Source: a virus (taxonomy: Duplodnaviria > Caudoviricetes). From it: a stretch of 64,000 nt of DNA. Below, piece by piece: positions 21,564 through 30,175 of this stretch. The position numbers were made by a program, and so were the translations under genes. The notes below the pieces were generated by a model that worked only from the letters and a program-made list of their open reading frames with translations, had not been told where the DNA came from and made no database searches. Position 1 is the stretch's first letter, and each line of letters starts with the position of its first letter. The stretch covers positions 14,764 through 78,763 of IMG/VR virus record IMGVR_UViG_3300033518_000398. The stretch is one strand, 5' to 3'.

Positions 21564-21763
21564 TGAGTCAATTGTCAGAAATTTTTGAGGGTTGGAAAAA
21601 CTATGCATTTCCAAATAAGGAGGTGGAAAATGAAGCAAAACGTAGAATGACAATATGTGTGGGGTGCGATAAACTAAAAAAGAATAAATGTGTGTTGTGC
21701 GGATGTTATATGCCAGCAAAAGTCAGAAGTCCTAAATCAAGATGTAGAATAAAGAAATGGTAG
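21563..21763 (+). CDS. Small Cys-rich putative Zn-binding protein
   Basis: CxxC...CxxCGCYMPAK...C. Confidence 0.7.
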   Translation: MSQLSEIFEGWKNYAFPNKEVENEAKRRMTICVGCDKLKKNKCVLCGCYMPAKVRSPKSRCRIKKW

Positions 21764-21766
21764 GAA

Positions 21767-22225
21767 TTAACCAACCATTTGATGTTCTTTTGTTTTTTCC
21801 AACCAATTTAATTTATTGCTTGTAACAAGAAGATAAGTATTTTCAAATGCTCTACCTTGGACATTATCGGAATCAACACATATTTTTGAATAGCCTTCAA
21901 GTAACCTATTTTTATTTTCAGTAACAATTTCTATAATTCCATTTAAACAAGTTACCCATCCAATATAGAAACGTTGTTTTAAGTCAAAATATGCATTTTT
22001 GGGAATGTAAAAAAACACAACACTTTCATTTGGATTATCAAGATTAGGTATTTTCTTATATTTAATAGTGCTATCGTCTTCGCAATTATCCCATTCAGTA
22101 AAAAAACGAATAATGATACCGTCATCAACATTATGAATCGATGGCAATTCTTTGAGTAATTCTGCTTTTCTTTTATTTAGCAGTACATCAATTTTGTCCA
22201 ATATCATTTTCTTTTCCTCTGTCAT
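21767..22225 (-). CDS. Hypothetical protein
   Basis: 152 aa ORF. Confidence 0.7.
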   Translation of the reverse strand: MTEEKKMILDKIDVLLNKRKAELLKELPSIHNVDDGIIIRFFTEWDNCEDDSTIKYKKIPNLDNPNESVVFFYIPKNAYFDLKQRFYIGWVTCLNGIIEIVTENKNRLLEGYSKICVDSDNVQGRAFENTYLLVTSNKLNWLEKTKEHQMVG

Positions 22226-22226
22226 T

Positions 22227-22844
22227 CTAACAATATGGTATGTTTTGAATCTTGTCTCGCATTTCTGGTGTACGAATTTCTAATCTTGTTGCGCTTTCGA
22301 TATATGTTTCACAAAAATGTCTGGTAAATAATGTCTGAATTTTTGGTGGTGCGTGTTTAAATGCAAGAAATTCGATTTCATCACCATCTTCGGTATTCAA
22401 TGTAACATCAATATCACCCCACTCAAAACCATCAAACCATGCATCTCCAGATGGTTCAATTGCATCTCCCATAGTACCACCCCAGTTCCCTTGGTCATAC
22501 CATCCACCTTCGGATATTGAAATATCGTCACCATTAAAATTTAAATTGAAGCTAATCGGTTGTTTTTGTTGGTCATATTTATATTCAACAACTAAATAAT
22601 ATTCAAGACTGAGACTTGATGCGTTTTCATAATCACCTTCCCAATCTCCACCAATTCTCGAATCATAAATCTTGGTTTTTACATTACTTTTACTCAATAA
22701 TGCATCACAAATAAATTGTTTTTGGAAATCTTCGTTTTTTAGTAAATTAATGGTTTCCATTTCCTTACTGTGCTCATCATTACCAAGAAAATCAAATTCT
22801 TGAATTTCTTCATTAATGATTTTTATAAATTCTTTTTTATTCAC
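22227..22844 (-). CDS. Acidic protein with IINEE-type N-terminus
   Basis: MNKKEFIKIINEEIQE; late motif upstream. Confidence 0.7.
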   Translation of the reverse strand: MNKKEFIKIINEEIQEFDFLGNDEHSKEMETINLLKNEDFQKQFICDALLSKSNVKTKIYDSRIGGDWEGDYENASSLSLEYYLVVEYKYDQQKQPISFNLNFNGDDISISEGGWYDQGNWGGTMGDAIEPSGDAWFDGFEWGDIDVTLNTEDGDEIEFLAFKHAPPKIQTLFTRHFCETYIESATRLEIRTPEMRDKIQNIPYC

Positions 22845-23093
22845 AGATAAAACTTTTTAATAAATACTAATAAATTTATATAAAATTGTTAGTTGTGAGT
22901 ATTTATATTTGAAAATCATTGCTTAATTCGTATTAAGTTATGTCTGAAAAAAATCAGAGTGATTTTTGAAATTTTATCGCCTGATAGGGGTTATGTAAAA
23001 TTTTAAGACTAACAAAGTGATTTATAACTGCACCGTTTTTATAGCGGTGCATTTTTTTATATGGGTTTTAAGTATTTATTGAAAATTGTTGAA

Positions 23094-23378
23094 ATGAAGA
23101 AAAAAACTAAAGAAATGCTTTTTGAAATGATGGAAAAATTAAATCCAGATTTCAATGTTCAAGAAGCTGGGGTTGCACCAGATGTTGTTAGTGCACAAAA
23201 AGCTACGACAACTAATGTGCAACGTGCTAATCAACGTATTGGTACACCACAAGAATTTCAAGATGGTTTTATGGCATGGCTTGGAACAACAGGCTTTGAC
23301 CCAGTAAAGAAACCATTAGGTATTTCTGATGCACAATCTCGTGTGAAAAACGCAATGATTGCACTGGGTTATAAATAA
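23094..23378 (+). CDS. LFE-leader family protein
   Basis: MKKKTKEMLFEMMEKLNPDFNVQE; GTATTTAT at 23072-23079. Confidence 0.7.
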   Translation: MKKKTKEMLFEMMEKLNPDFNVQEAGVAPDVVSAQKATTTNVQRANQRIGTPQEFQDGFMAWLGTTGFDPVKKPLGISDAQSRVKNAMIALGYK

Positions 23379-23435
23379 AAAATAATTATTTTTGAAAATA
23401 ATTTGAAATTTGTTTGTATTTATGATTTTAATGCA

Positions 23436-23443
23436 TATATTTG
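23436..23443 (+). promoter_or_regulatory. Bacteroidota sigma70 -7 element (TAnnTTTG) for attenuated tRNA cluster 1
   Basis: TATATTTG with TTTG about 20 nt upstream; same element at 24391, 26500, 42864, 47043, 52882. Confidence 0.75.
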
Positions 23444-23480
23444 CACTCAGAAGTTTTAATAAATGTTATTTGTAGTTGAA

Positions 23481-23555
23481 ATGAAAAATTTAGTGAACAT
23501 AGTGCCCCAACCGCAACAACATCCACAGGATGGTGAATGGGGAAAGTACGCTTAA
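23481..23555 (+). CDS. Attenuator leader peptide 1: MKNLVNIVPQPQQHPQDGEWGKYA
   Basis: Hand-translated 24-aa ORF; PQPQQHPQ run; GAATGGGG 23535-23542 complementary to the terminator 5' arm. Confidence 0.8.
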   Translation: MKNLVNIVPQPQQHPQDGEWGKYA

Positions 23556-23585
23556 TTTTTCAATTGAAGTTTTAAGTTAAACATG

Positions 23586-23614
23586 ACCCCATTCTGAAAA
23601 GAGTGGGGTTTTTT
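23586..23614 (+). terminator. Attenuator terminator 1
   Basis: ACCCCATTC-TGAAAA-GAGTGGGGT followed by a U tract. Confidence 0.85.
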
Positions 23615-23624
23615 ATTTTCATAT

Positions 23625-23702
23625 CTGGGTGTACTGCAGATGGCTATACTACGATGCCTTGGAAGCATCGGTCCGCAGGTTCGAATCCTGCCACTCAGAC
23701 CA
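23625..23702 (+). tRNA. tRNA-Pro(UGG)
   Basis: Cloverleaf; loop CTTGGAA; CCA encoded. Confidence 0.9.
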
Positions 23703-23706
23703 ATAT

Positions 23707-23784
23707 GGTGATTGTAGAGGAATTGGTAGACTCACCTGACTGTGAATCAGGAATCTTGCGGGTTCGAGTCCCGTCTTTCACCCA
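23707..23784 (+). tRNA. tRNA-His(GUG)
   Basis: Loop CTGTGAA; G-1:C73; two acceptor mismatches. Confidence 0.8.
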
Positions 23785-23808
23785 AATATCGTTCTTTTAT
23801 ATGGTTAT

Positions 23809-23882
23809 AGAGTAGTAGCGCAGTTGGTTAGCGTACCGCATTTGGGATGCGGGGGTCGAGAGTTCGAGTCTCTCCTACTCTA
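23809..23882 (+). tRNA. tRNA-Pro(UGG), second copy
   Basis: CCGCA-TTTGGGA-TGCGG anticodon arm. Confidence 0.9.
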
Positions 23883-23887
23883 CTGTG

Positions 23888-23958
23888 TTAGTTGTAGATG
23901 CTGGCATTCTACACGTGACTGTGAATCACGGATACGGGGGTTCGATTCCCCTCTAAAA
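23888..23958 (+). pseudogene. Degenerate tRNA-His(GUG)
   Basis: Intact anticodon arm CGTGA-CTGTGAA-TCACG and T arm; acceptor stem does not pair. Confidence 0.6.
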
Positions 23959-23997
23959 AATTTTTGTACTTAAAGTATTTATCTGAAAATTGTGTAT

Positions 23998-24360
23998 ATG
24001 AAAAAAGGTAATAAACAAATGTTATTTGAGATGATGCATAAGGTTGCAGGAATGCCTTTAAATGAAATGGCAAAACCAATAAAAGAATTTCGTAATACAA
24101 TTGGTGATAAAAAAATGGTTTATTATTTAATGCCAAATACTCCCAAAGCAGAAGAAAAGGGTTATGATACTTCAATATTTAAGGTTGATAATTATCATGG
24201 TAACGTGACATTATCATATTATTGGTTAAATAGAGAATCAGATGAAAATTGGTATAAACCCAAATATGGTACTCATGTAGATGAATATAAATCACAATAT
24301 ATTTCACAAAGTAGAGAACCAGAAAAAGCAAATATGTTAATTCAAAAGCATAATTTATAA
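23998..24360 (+). CDS. LFE-leader family protein inserted in tRNA cluster
   Basis: MKKGNKQMLFEMMHKVAGMPLNE; GTATTTAT at 23975-23982. Confidence 0.7.
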   Translation: MKKGNKQMLFEMMHKVAGMPLNEMAKPIKEFRNTIGDKKMVYYLMPNTPKAEEKGYDTSIFKVDNYHGNVTLSYYWLNRESDENWYKPKYGTHVDEYKSQYISQSREPEKANMLIQKHNL

Positions 24361-24406
24361 TATTATTGCATTAAATTATATTTATTTATATATATTTGCA
24401 TAATAT

Positions 24407-24479
24407 TGACCTGTGGTGTAATTGGCAACACGTCTCACTTTGACTGAGAAGAGTCCAAGTTCGAGCCTTGGCAGGTCAA
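24407..24479 (+). tRNA. tRNA-Gln(UUG)
   Basis: TCTCA-CTTTGAC-TGAGA; acceptor TGACCTG/CAGGTCA. Confidence 0.9.
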
Positions 24480-24495
24480 CTAATTTTCTTGGAAT

Positions 24496-24723
24496 ATGGA
24501 TGAATTGGAAAAATTACGAAAAGAAAATGAAGATTTGAAAGACAAATTAACTGATTTGACTTTTGAATTGAATTATAATAAACAAACCGAGTTAATTGAA
24601 TTCGTTCGTGAATTATATCAATCATTAGGTAATGTTGGTAAAAATCTTACAAAGAAAGAAATGATTGAAAATCTGAGAAACCATATTCGAGAGTTTACAA
24701 AAAATAATAAAATACAATTATGA
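24496..24723 (+). CDS. Small coiled-coil hypothetical protein
   Basis: 75 aa ORF. Confidence 0.65.
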   Translation: MDELEKLRKENEDLKDKLTDLTFELNYNKQTELIEFVRELYQSLGNVGKNLTKKEMIENLRNHIREFTKNNKIQL

Positions 24724-25124
24724 GTAATTATAATCTTTACCTCGATGACTTTCGTCAACCAATTGATAGTAGTTACTATCTTAATAATCCCATATATGGA
24801 AACTTAAAATGGGAAGTTGTTCGAAGTTATGATGAATTTGTGAAAATAATAACTGAAAAAGGTATTCCTGATATCGTGAGTTTCGACCATGATTTGGCTG
24901 ATGAACATTACGACCCAGAATTACATGGTAGTGAAACCTATAACGAAAAATACGATAATTTTGTATTTAAAACTGGATATGATTGCGCCAAATGGTTTAT
25001 TAATTATTGTATTGATAACCAAAAAGATGTACCAGAAAAAATTTTCATTCATTCTATGAATCCAGCAGGAAGTGCTAATATTAAATCGTTATTTGATACA
25101 TATAATAAGTATCGTAGAATTTAA
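24720..25124 (+). CDS. Cyclic-phosphate-processing receiver domain protein
   Basis: LYLDDFRQP...SFDHDL...TGYDCAKW...IHSMNPAG motifs. Confidence 0.8.
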   Translation: MSNYNLYLDDFRQPIDSSYYLNNPIYGNLKWEVVRSYDEFVKIITEKGIPDIVSFDHDLADEHYDPELHGSETYNEKYDNFVFKTGYDCAKWFINYCIDNQKDVPEKIFIHSMNPAGSANIKSLFDTYNKYRRI

Positions 25125-25853
25125 TTACCTTCCTCCAGCACTCCTTGAACCAGAAGTACCTGTTGAACTTCCAGCACTTCTTGTTGGTTGTGAATAACTA
25201 CGTGACGTTGTATTTGACGGTGCTCTTGTCGGTGCAGTACGAGAATATGAGGGAGCAGTTGAGGGTGCGGTTCTTGTTGGTGTATTATATGTACGTGATT
25301 GAGTATTTGATGTAGGTCTGGTTGTAGTATTTCTACTTCGAGTCACATCATTATTATATGTCGGACGTGTAGATGTTCGAGGTACAGTATAGGTTGGTTT
25401 ATATTCTCTTGTATATGTTGGTTTTGATTTGATGTTAACATGGTTTGAAACCACGTATCTATGTCCATAATAATGGTTAATATAATAGCTGTTACGACCC
25501 CAATATCCATAATAGTAGCTATTATAATATCTATTATAGTAATATGGTGTATACCAATAATTATAATAAAAGGGGTCATAATGGAGACAATAGGGACGAT
25601 ATACATATCCAAATGTTAATAAAACCCGATAATTTGGTTGGTCATTGTCTTCATAATAGTTGTTAATTATAACGGGTTCAGATTTTTCTTTAACAATTAT
25701 ATAAACAGTATCTGTTTTTGTCGTGTCAGGAGTTCCATATAATTCTTTATCTTTCTCAATACGATATTTTTCGTAATTTGAAAGTTCAGCTTCTTGTCCA
25801 ATTAAAACAAATGCAAAGAGAATTGCGAGTAGTGTTAATAGTATCTTTTTCAT
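25125..25853 (-). CDS. Secreted protein with Tyr-rich and Ser/Thr/Arg-rich low-complexity regions
   Basis: N-terminal signal peptide; composition. Confidence 0.7.
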   Translation of the reverse strand: MKKILLTLLAILFAFVLIGQEAELSNYEKYRIEKDKELYGTPDTTKTDTVYIIVKEKSEPVIINNYYEDNDQPNYRVLLTFGYVYRPYCLHYDPFYYNYWYTPYYYNRYYNSYYYGYWGRNSYYINHYYGHRYVVSNHVNIKSKPTYTREYKPTYTVPRTSTRPTYNNDVTRSRNTTTRPTSNTQSRTYNTPTRTAPSTAPSYSRTAPTRAPSNTTSRSYSQPTRSAGSSTGTSGSRSAGGR

Positions 25854-25935
25854 GACTTGTGTGTTTTTAATTAAAAGACAATTAACGTGCCAAAATTTTA
25901 CATGAAAATCAACTATTTATAGTAAATTTCATTAC

Positions 25936-26421
25936 ATGAAAAAACAAGATAGCAAACAAAGACTTTTTGAAGTTATGGGAAGACTTGACAAAACATTCAA
26001 GTCTAAATTAAATGAAAATATGGGTGTAGCACTTAATGAAGAAAGTAGACCATTATATGATATAGCTCAAGAAATATATCAAGACTGGAAACCAGTACAT
26101 CCTTATGCAAAAGAATATCTTGATGCAATGTCAAGTCTATCGTCAATAAATGATAAATATATGTTTGATTCTGGAAGTGAGATTGTAGCACGTTTTCTTT
26201 CAAATGCAAGTCAATGGAAAGGCGAAACAGCTAAAAGAATAAAGACCGAACTAAAACAAATGTTGGGATTGAAAGAGGGTTATTATGATGATGAGGGTGA
26301 TGACTCTGATGCTGGACATACAGTAAATGGTAAATTATTATCTCCAGATGAATATAGGAAATGGAAAGAAGAAGAAGGAGAATATGATGACATGGATAAA
26401 CTTAACAGACCAAGATATTGA
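25936..26421 (+). CDS. LFE-leader family protein
   Basis: MKKQDSKQRLFEVMGRLDKTFKSKLNE, nearly identical to the leader of 17567..18055. Confidence 0.75.
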   Translation: MKKQDSKQRLFEVMGRLDKTFKSKLNENMGVALNEESRPLYDIAQEIYQDWKPVHPYAKEYLDAMSSLSSINDKYMFDSGSEIVARFLSNASQWKGETAKRIKTELKQMLGLKEGYYDDEGDDSDAGHTVNGKLLSPDEYRKWKEEEGEYDDMDKLNRPRY

Positions 26422-26532
26422 AATATCATTAAGAATTAATTTTAATAAGCATATTTATTGATTTTTTTTGGAAAATGTTTGTATTTATGAAAAATTGATT
26501 ATCTTTGCAGAAGAAATTTAAAATTTAAAACA

Positions 26533-26622
26533 ATGAGAAATTTACTCGACATATTAATGGTAGCTTTGGAAGCAGTCCTATTATGGGCAGCAGATGAGGA
26601 TAAAATACGTTCAGTCGGGTAA
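26533..26622 (+). CDS. Attenuator leader peptide 2: MRNLLDILMVALEAVLLWAADEDKIRSVG
   Basis: 29-aa ORF after TATCTTTG promoter (26500); AGTCGGGT 26613-26620 complementary to the terminator 5' arm. Confidence 0.75.
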   Translation: MRNLLDILMVALEAVLLWAADEDKIRSVG

Positions 26623-26653
26623 TACAATATTACACACTCCTTTCTTTAATAAG

Positions 26654-26688
26654 AAAAACCCGACTCTCCACAATAAGTCGGGTTTTTT
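26654..26688 (+). terminator. Attenuator terminator 2
   Basis: AAAAACCCGACT...AGTCGGGTTTTTT. Confidence 0.85.
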
Positions 26689-26702
26689 GTTTTAGTGTGT
26701 AG

Positions 26703-26713
26703 GTTCTTTGACA
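26703..26713 (+). promoter_or_regulatory. boxA-like element
   Basis: GTTCTTTGACA; similar sites at 31619, 39194, 47286 and 48108, all in tRNA-bearing transcripts. Confidence 0.55.
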
Positions 26714-26725
26714 TGTTGGAAATTT

Positions 26726-26796
26726 GGTCTATTGGGGTATGGGTATCCTTGGTGGTTGTCGCCCACCAGAAGCGAGTTCGAGTCTCGCATAGACCG
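26726..26796 (+). tRNA. tRNA-Asp(GUC)
   Basis: Loop TTGTCGC; acceptor GGTCTAT/ATAGACC; G73. Confidence 0.85.
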
Positions 26797-26825
26797 CCTG
26801 ACTTATTTTCTTTTTCTGTGTATTT

Positions 26826-27545
26826 ATGTATATGGAAAAAGAAAATAAGTATTATTTGGTTTATAAAACAACCAATTTGAAAAATGGTAAGTTTTATATT
26901 GGTGTTCACGAAACATATAATCTCAATGACGGTTATTTGGGTTCTGGGAAAGTTCTTAGGAACAGCGTTTATTATCATGGGAAAGAAAATTTTAAAAGGG
27001 AAATTCTTGAATTCTGTGAAGATAAAAAAAGCATGTATCAAAAAGAAAAGGAATTTGTTACTGAAGAACTGATAATGAATTCTAAATGTATGAATTTAGT
27101 TGTTGGTGGAATGGGATTCATTAATGATGAAAAACATCGTGAGGTTTCACAATTAGGTGGTAATGCGACTTCATTGAAACTAAAAAATGACCCAGAATTT
27201 AGAAAGAGACATCAAAAAATTGTCTCGGAGAATATGAAAAAAGCGCATCAATTAGGAAAAATTATACCACCTGATTGGACTGGTAAAAAACATAAAGAAG
27301 AAACAAAAAGAAAAATCGGAATAAAAAATTCAATCAAACAAAGTGGCATTAATAATTCACAATTTGGTACTTGTTGGATAACAAAAAACGGTAATGATAA
27401 AAAAATAAAAAAAGAATACCTTCAAGAATATCTTTCTGAAGGTTGGATTAAAGGTAGATATGCTCGGTTCGAATCCGATATGGGGTACAAAGTATATTCA
27501 ATTTCACAGTGCTTTGGTGTGGTCATTACCTATTTTTTCAAGTAA
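26826..27545 (+). CDS. GIY-YIG homing endonuclease with NUMOD3 (Seg-like)
   Basis: YLVYKTTNLKNGKFYIGVH...YLGSG; WTGKKHKEETKRKIG. Confidence 0.9.
   Translation: MYMEKENKYYLVYKTTNLKNGKFYIGVHETYNLNDGYLGSGKVLRNSVYYHGKENFKREILEFCEDKKSMYQKEKEFVTEELIMNSKCMNLVVGGMGFINDEKHREVSQLGGNATSLKLKNDPEFRKRHQKIVSENMKKAHQLGKIIPPDWTGKKHKEETKRKIGIKNSIKQSGINNSQFGTCWITKNGNDKKIKKEYLQEYLSEGWIKGRYARFESDMGYKVYSISQCFGVVITYFFK
27462..27487 (+). pseudogene. 3' remnant of a tRNA (T arm plus acceptor strand), possibly tRNA-Glu
   Basis: TCGG-TTCGAAT-CCGA then ATGGGGT-A; no 5' half found. Confidence 0.5.
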
Positions 27546-27608
27546 TAATTCATGTCTTTTAAATGATTATTTGAATATTTTTTGTATTTATGATAAACAT
27601 AACAACCA

Positions 27609-27959
27609 ATGAAAATATTAATTGTTGATGATAATACATTAGTACACTATTTGATAAAAGCCATGATTGAAGCAATGATTGAAGAAAATGGTTTTGAATT
27701 GTTTGATGTATATAACGGTGAAGAAGCGGTTGATTTTGCATTAAATAATGAATTGGACTTGATTTTCATGGACATAATGATGCCAATATTAGATGGTATT
27801 GAAGCAACTAAAATAATAAAAAAATTCTCACCCAACATACCAATAATATGTATTAGTGCATATCAACAGAATCAAGAGATATCTCGTTTATTTGATGACA
27901 TAGTTCAAAAACCATTTGTAACTAAGCAAATAATAGGTAAAATTAAAAAATACGAATAA
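27609..27959 (+). CDS. Single-domain response regulator (CheY-like receiver)
   Basis: LIVDD, DLIFMDIMMP, LDGIEA, ISA and KPF motifs. Confidence 0.9.
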   Translation: MKILIVDDNTLVHYLIKAMIEAMIEENGFELFDVYNGEEAVDFALNNELDLIFMDIMMPILDGIEATKIIKKFSPNIPIICISAYQQNQEISRLFDDIVQKPFVTKQIIGKIKKYE

Positions 27960-27988
27960 CATCCAGTATTTATGATAAACCTAAAGTT

Positions 27989-28507
27989 ATGGATTATCAT
28001 ATAATGTTATTTCTGACAATGATTGCAGTATTTGTTTCATATATTGCTGCAGTATGGATTAAATTTGGCGTACAGCCATCAATAAGTGCAAGTTATGATT
28101 GTTGGAAAGGTAATTGGCAATCATTATTCACTCTTTTCTGTTGGGGATTTGCATTTCCTGCAATGATTATTGGTGTAGAGGTAACACCATTGATGTTTTT
28201 CGCAACTGCTGGAATAATGTTCGTTGGTGCTGCATATCAAATAAAAAATCCTTGGGTATATAAATATCACATGATATTTGCAGTATCAGGAATAATTTTC
28301 AGTCAATTAGCAATATATTTTGGTTATGATTTATTATGGTTAAACATTGTGTCTGTTGCGTTAACCGCATTAATATTATTAGCTAAACAATTTCTGGGTT
28401 TAAAGAATCACTTCTGGTGGATGGAGTTAGTGTACTTTGCTGCAATAGTTTATGCTATGGGAACTAAGATTATTCCTCTACTGTATCTAACAACATTTTT
28501 ATTTTAA
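27989..28507 (+). CDS. Multi-pass membrane protein
   Basis: About six hydrophobic segments. Confidence 0.75.
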   Translation: MDYHIMLFLTMIAVFVSYIAAVWIKFGVQPSISASYDCWKGNWQSLFTLFCWGFAFPAMIIGVEVTPLMFFATAGIMFVGAAYQIKNPWVYKYHMIFAVSGIIFSQLAIYFGYDLLWLNIVSVALTALILLAKQFLGLKNHFWWMELVYFAAIVYAMGTKIIPLLYLTTFLF

Positions 28508-28510
28508 TAT

Positions 28511-28581
28511 ACGTCTTTGGTGTAACGGTAGCACGATTCTCTCCAAAAGAATTAGTACTTGTTCGAATCGAGTAAGACGTG
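28511..28581 (+). tRNA. tRNA-Trp(CCA)
   Basis: ATTCT-CTCCAAA-AGAAT; acceptor ACGTCTT/AAGACGT. Confidence 0.85.
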
Positions 28582-28625
28582 CAATATTAAAAACATGCAT
28601 TTAAAATTAATCATTTATTTATTAA

Positions 28626-28934
28626 TTATAAAGTAAAACCCTTGGTAGATTGCCTTTTACCATTCAATACATGATATGTTGTTGTTTCATCTAATTTATG
28701 TTTTTTACAAAAATTTTTAACTGACTTAAATTGATATTTAATACCATTTCTATATAGAATATGTTCTTTATTGTTATATTTTATTCTATTTCTTAATTCG
28801 GTTAGTGTAAAATCATGTTTTTTAAAAACAGTCCAATTTTTAAAAAATGTCATTTTAAGTTTTCTTAACATTAATGACATTAACATCTTATCATTTAAAT
28901 TATTGTCTTTACAAAATTTGGAAAAATTATCCAC
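28626..28934 (-). pseudogene. Homing endonuclease DNA-binding (NUMOD-like) remnant
   Basis: FKSVKNFCKKHKLD...VLNGKRQSTKGF C-terminus; no catalytic domain. Confidence 0.5.
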
Positions 28935-29057
28935 CCCATAAAATTTATTCTTAGTTATAAATACGTAAATATTAACAAAAATTAAATAATATATAAAAAC
29001 TTTGTTTGTTTTTATATATTATTTACATATCTTTGTAATTATTAATAAATTCTTTAT

Positions 29058-29795
29058 ATGCTTATAATAAATCATAAGAAAAAGGATTATTATGATGGTG
29101 TTGCTGGTACTACTGGCATTGATAAGACCATTGTATATCATCGTGAAGTAATTGAACTTGAAGAAGATAAACTACCCAAACAATTTAGAAGAAAAAGTAA
29201 TTGGAGAAAAGAAGATATTAATCCATTACGTGAGTTGAGTACATTTAAGTTAAAAAAAGAATTTCATGATGTTTGTGAAGACTATTCATATTTTATAATT
29301 GGCTTTTGTGGTAAACTATATATAGGTTGGAAACTTTATCGTGAGGAAATATTCCCATACATGGTCGATACTGAAATCACATTTGATTCCGAGTACATGA
29401 AATCTATTTTAGAACCAAAATCTTGGTATAATAATCTCGAAGATAATATTAATTATATTCAGAAGTTTGATGCGATTCAGATTTTCAGAGATTTAAAAAC
29501 ACCAGTTTTTGTATTTGATAATGATTATAGTAGAACACAACTTGATACCAAACATTATTCGATTAGAAATTATAATCCGAAATTTTTCGTAAACCCAGTT
29601 CTAAAAGAGTATCAATTTTATAAAGTGTTTGAATCATTTCAAGCTTTTCAAGAAATTCAGATGTTTCTTGGTGGTGTACTTGGTAGTGGTGAAAAAAACA
29701 TTGTAGAAGTGGCTGATAAATATAAAATTACCCAGCATGGGTTTGATAAATGGAGTTTTAGAAAAATGTCTGAAAATGGAAAAAGAACTACATAA
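29058..29795 (+). CDS. Hypothetical protein
   Basis: 245 aa; TATCTTTG promoter at about 29028. Confidence 0.75.
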   Translation: MLIINHKKKDYYDGVAGTTGIDKTIVYHREVIELEEDKLPKQFRRKSNWRKEDINPLRELSTFKLKKEFHDVCEDYSYFIIGFCGKLYIGWKLYREEIFPYMVDTEITFDSEYMKSILEPKSWYNNLEDNINYIQKFDAIQIFRDLKTPVFVFDNDYSRTQLDTKHYSIRNYNPKFFVNPVLKEYQFYKVFESFQAFQEIQMFLGGVLGSGEKNIVEVADKYKITQHGFDKWSFRKMSENGKRTT

Positions 29796-30060
29796 TATTT
29801 ATATAATACCAGCAGTATTTGTTAGATACAGAGAAGATGGCAACGTGATTTTAAGATGTTTACAGGGTAAAGAAACTGTTGACAGGGCATTTGAACCCAA
29901 TTTAATAAAAGGTATTGAAAACCCAAAGTATTTATTGCTGGGAATCATGGCTGGTGTTGGATACATGCAGTTAAATGTTTGCGATGGTGAAGAGTTTGTG
30001 AATTTATTCATAAAAAAATGGAATGTGTTGTATCAGGATGTTAATTATAAATTAAAATAG
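29776..30060 (+). CDS. Hypothetical protein
   Basis: ORF track; start moved to the second ATG. Confidence 0.6.
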   Translation: MEKELHNIYIIPAVFVRYREDGNVILRCLQGKETVDRAFEPNLIKGIENPKYLLLGIMAGVGYMQLNVCDGEEFVNLFIKKWNVLYQDVNYKLK

Positions 30061-30175
30061 TGTTGCTAACCACTCTATAGGAGAACGTGACTTACGGACA
30101 TTGAGTGATTAATGGTTTCAGTATGTAAGAAGCGCACACGATTTCCGCAACATTATTTTTGTTCATTGATATTAT

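Noticed and set aside
22940-23058. Fifth attenuator (MSEKNQSDF* followed by a terminator)
   Set aside because: No antiterminator complement, no codon bias and no tRNA directly downstream.
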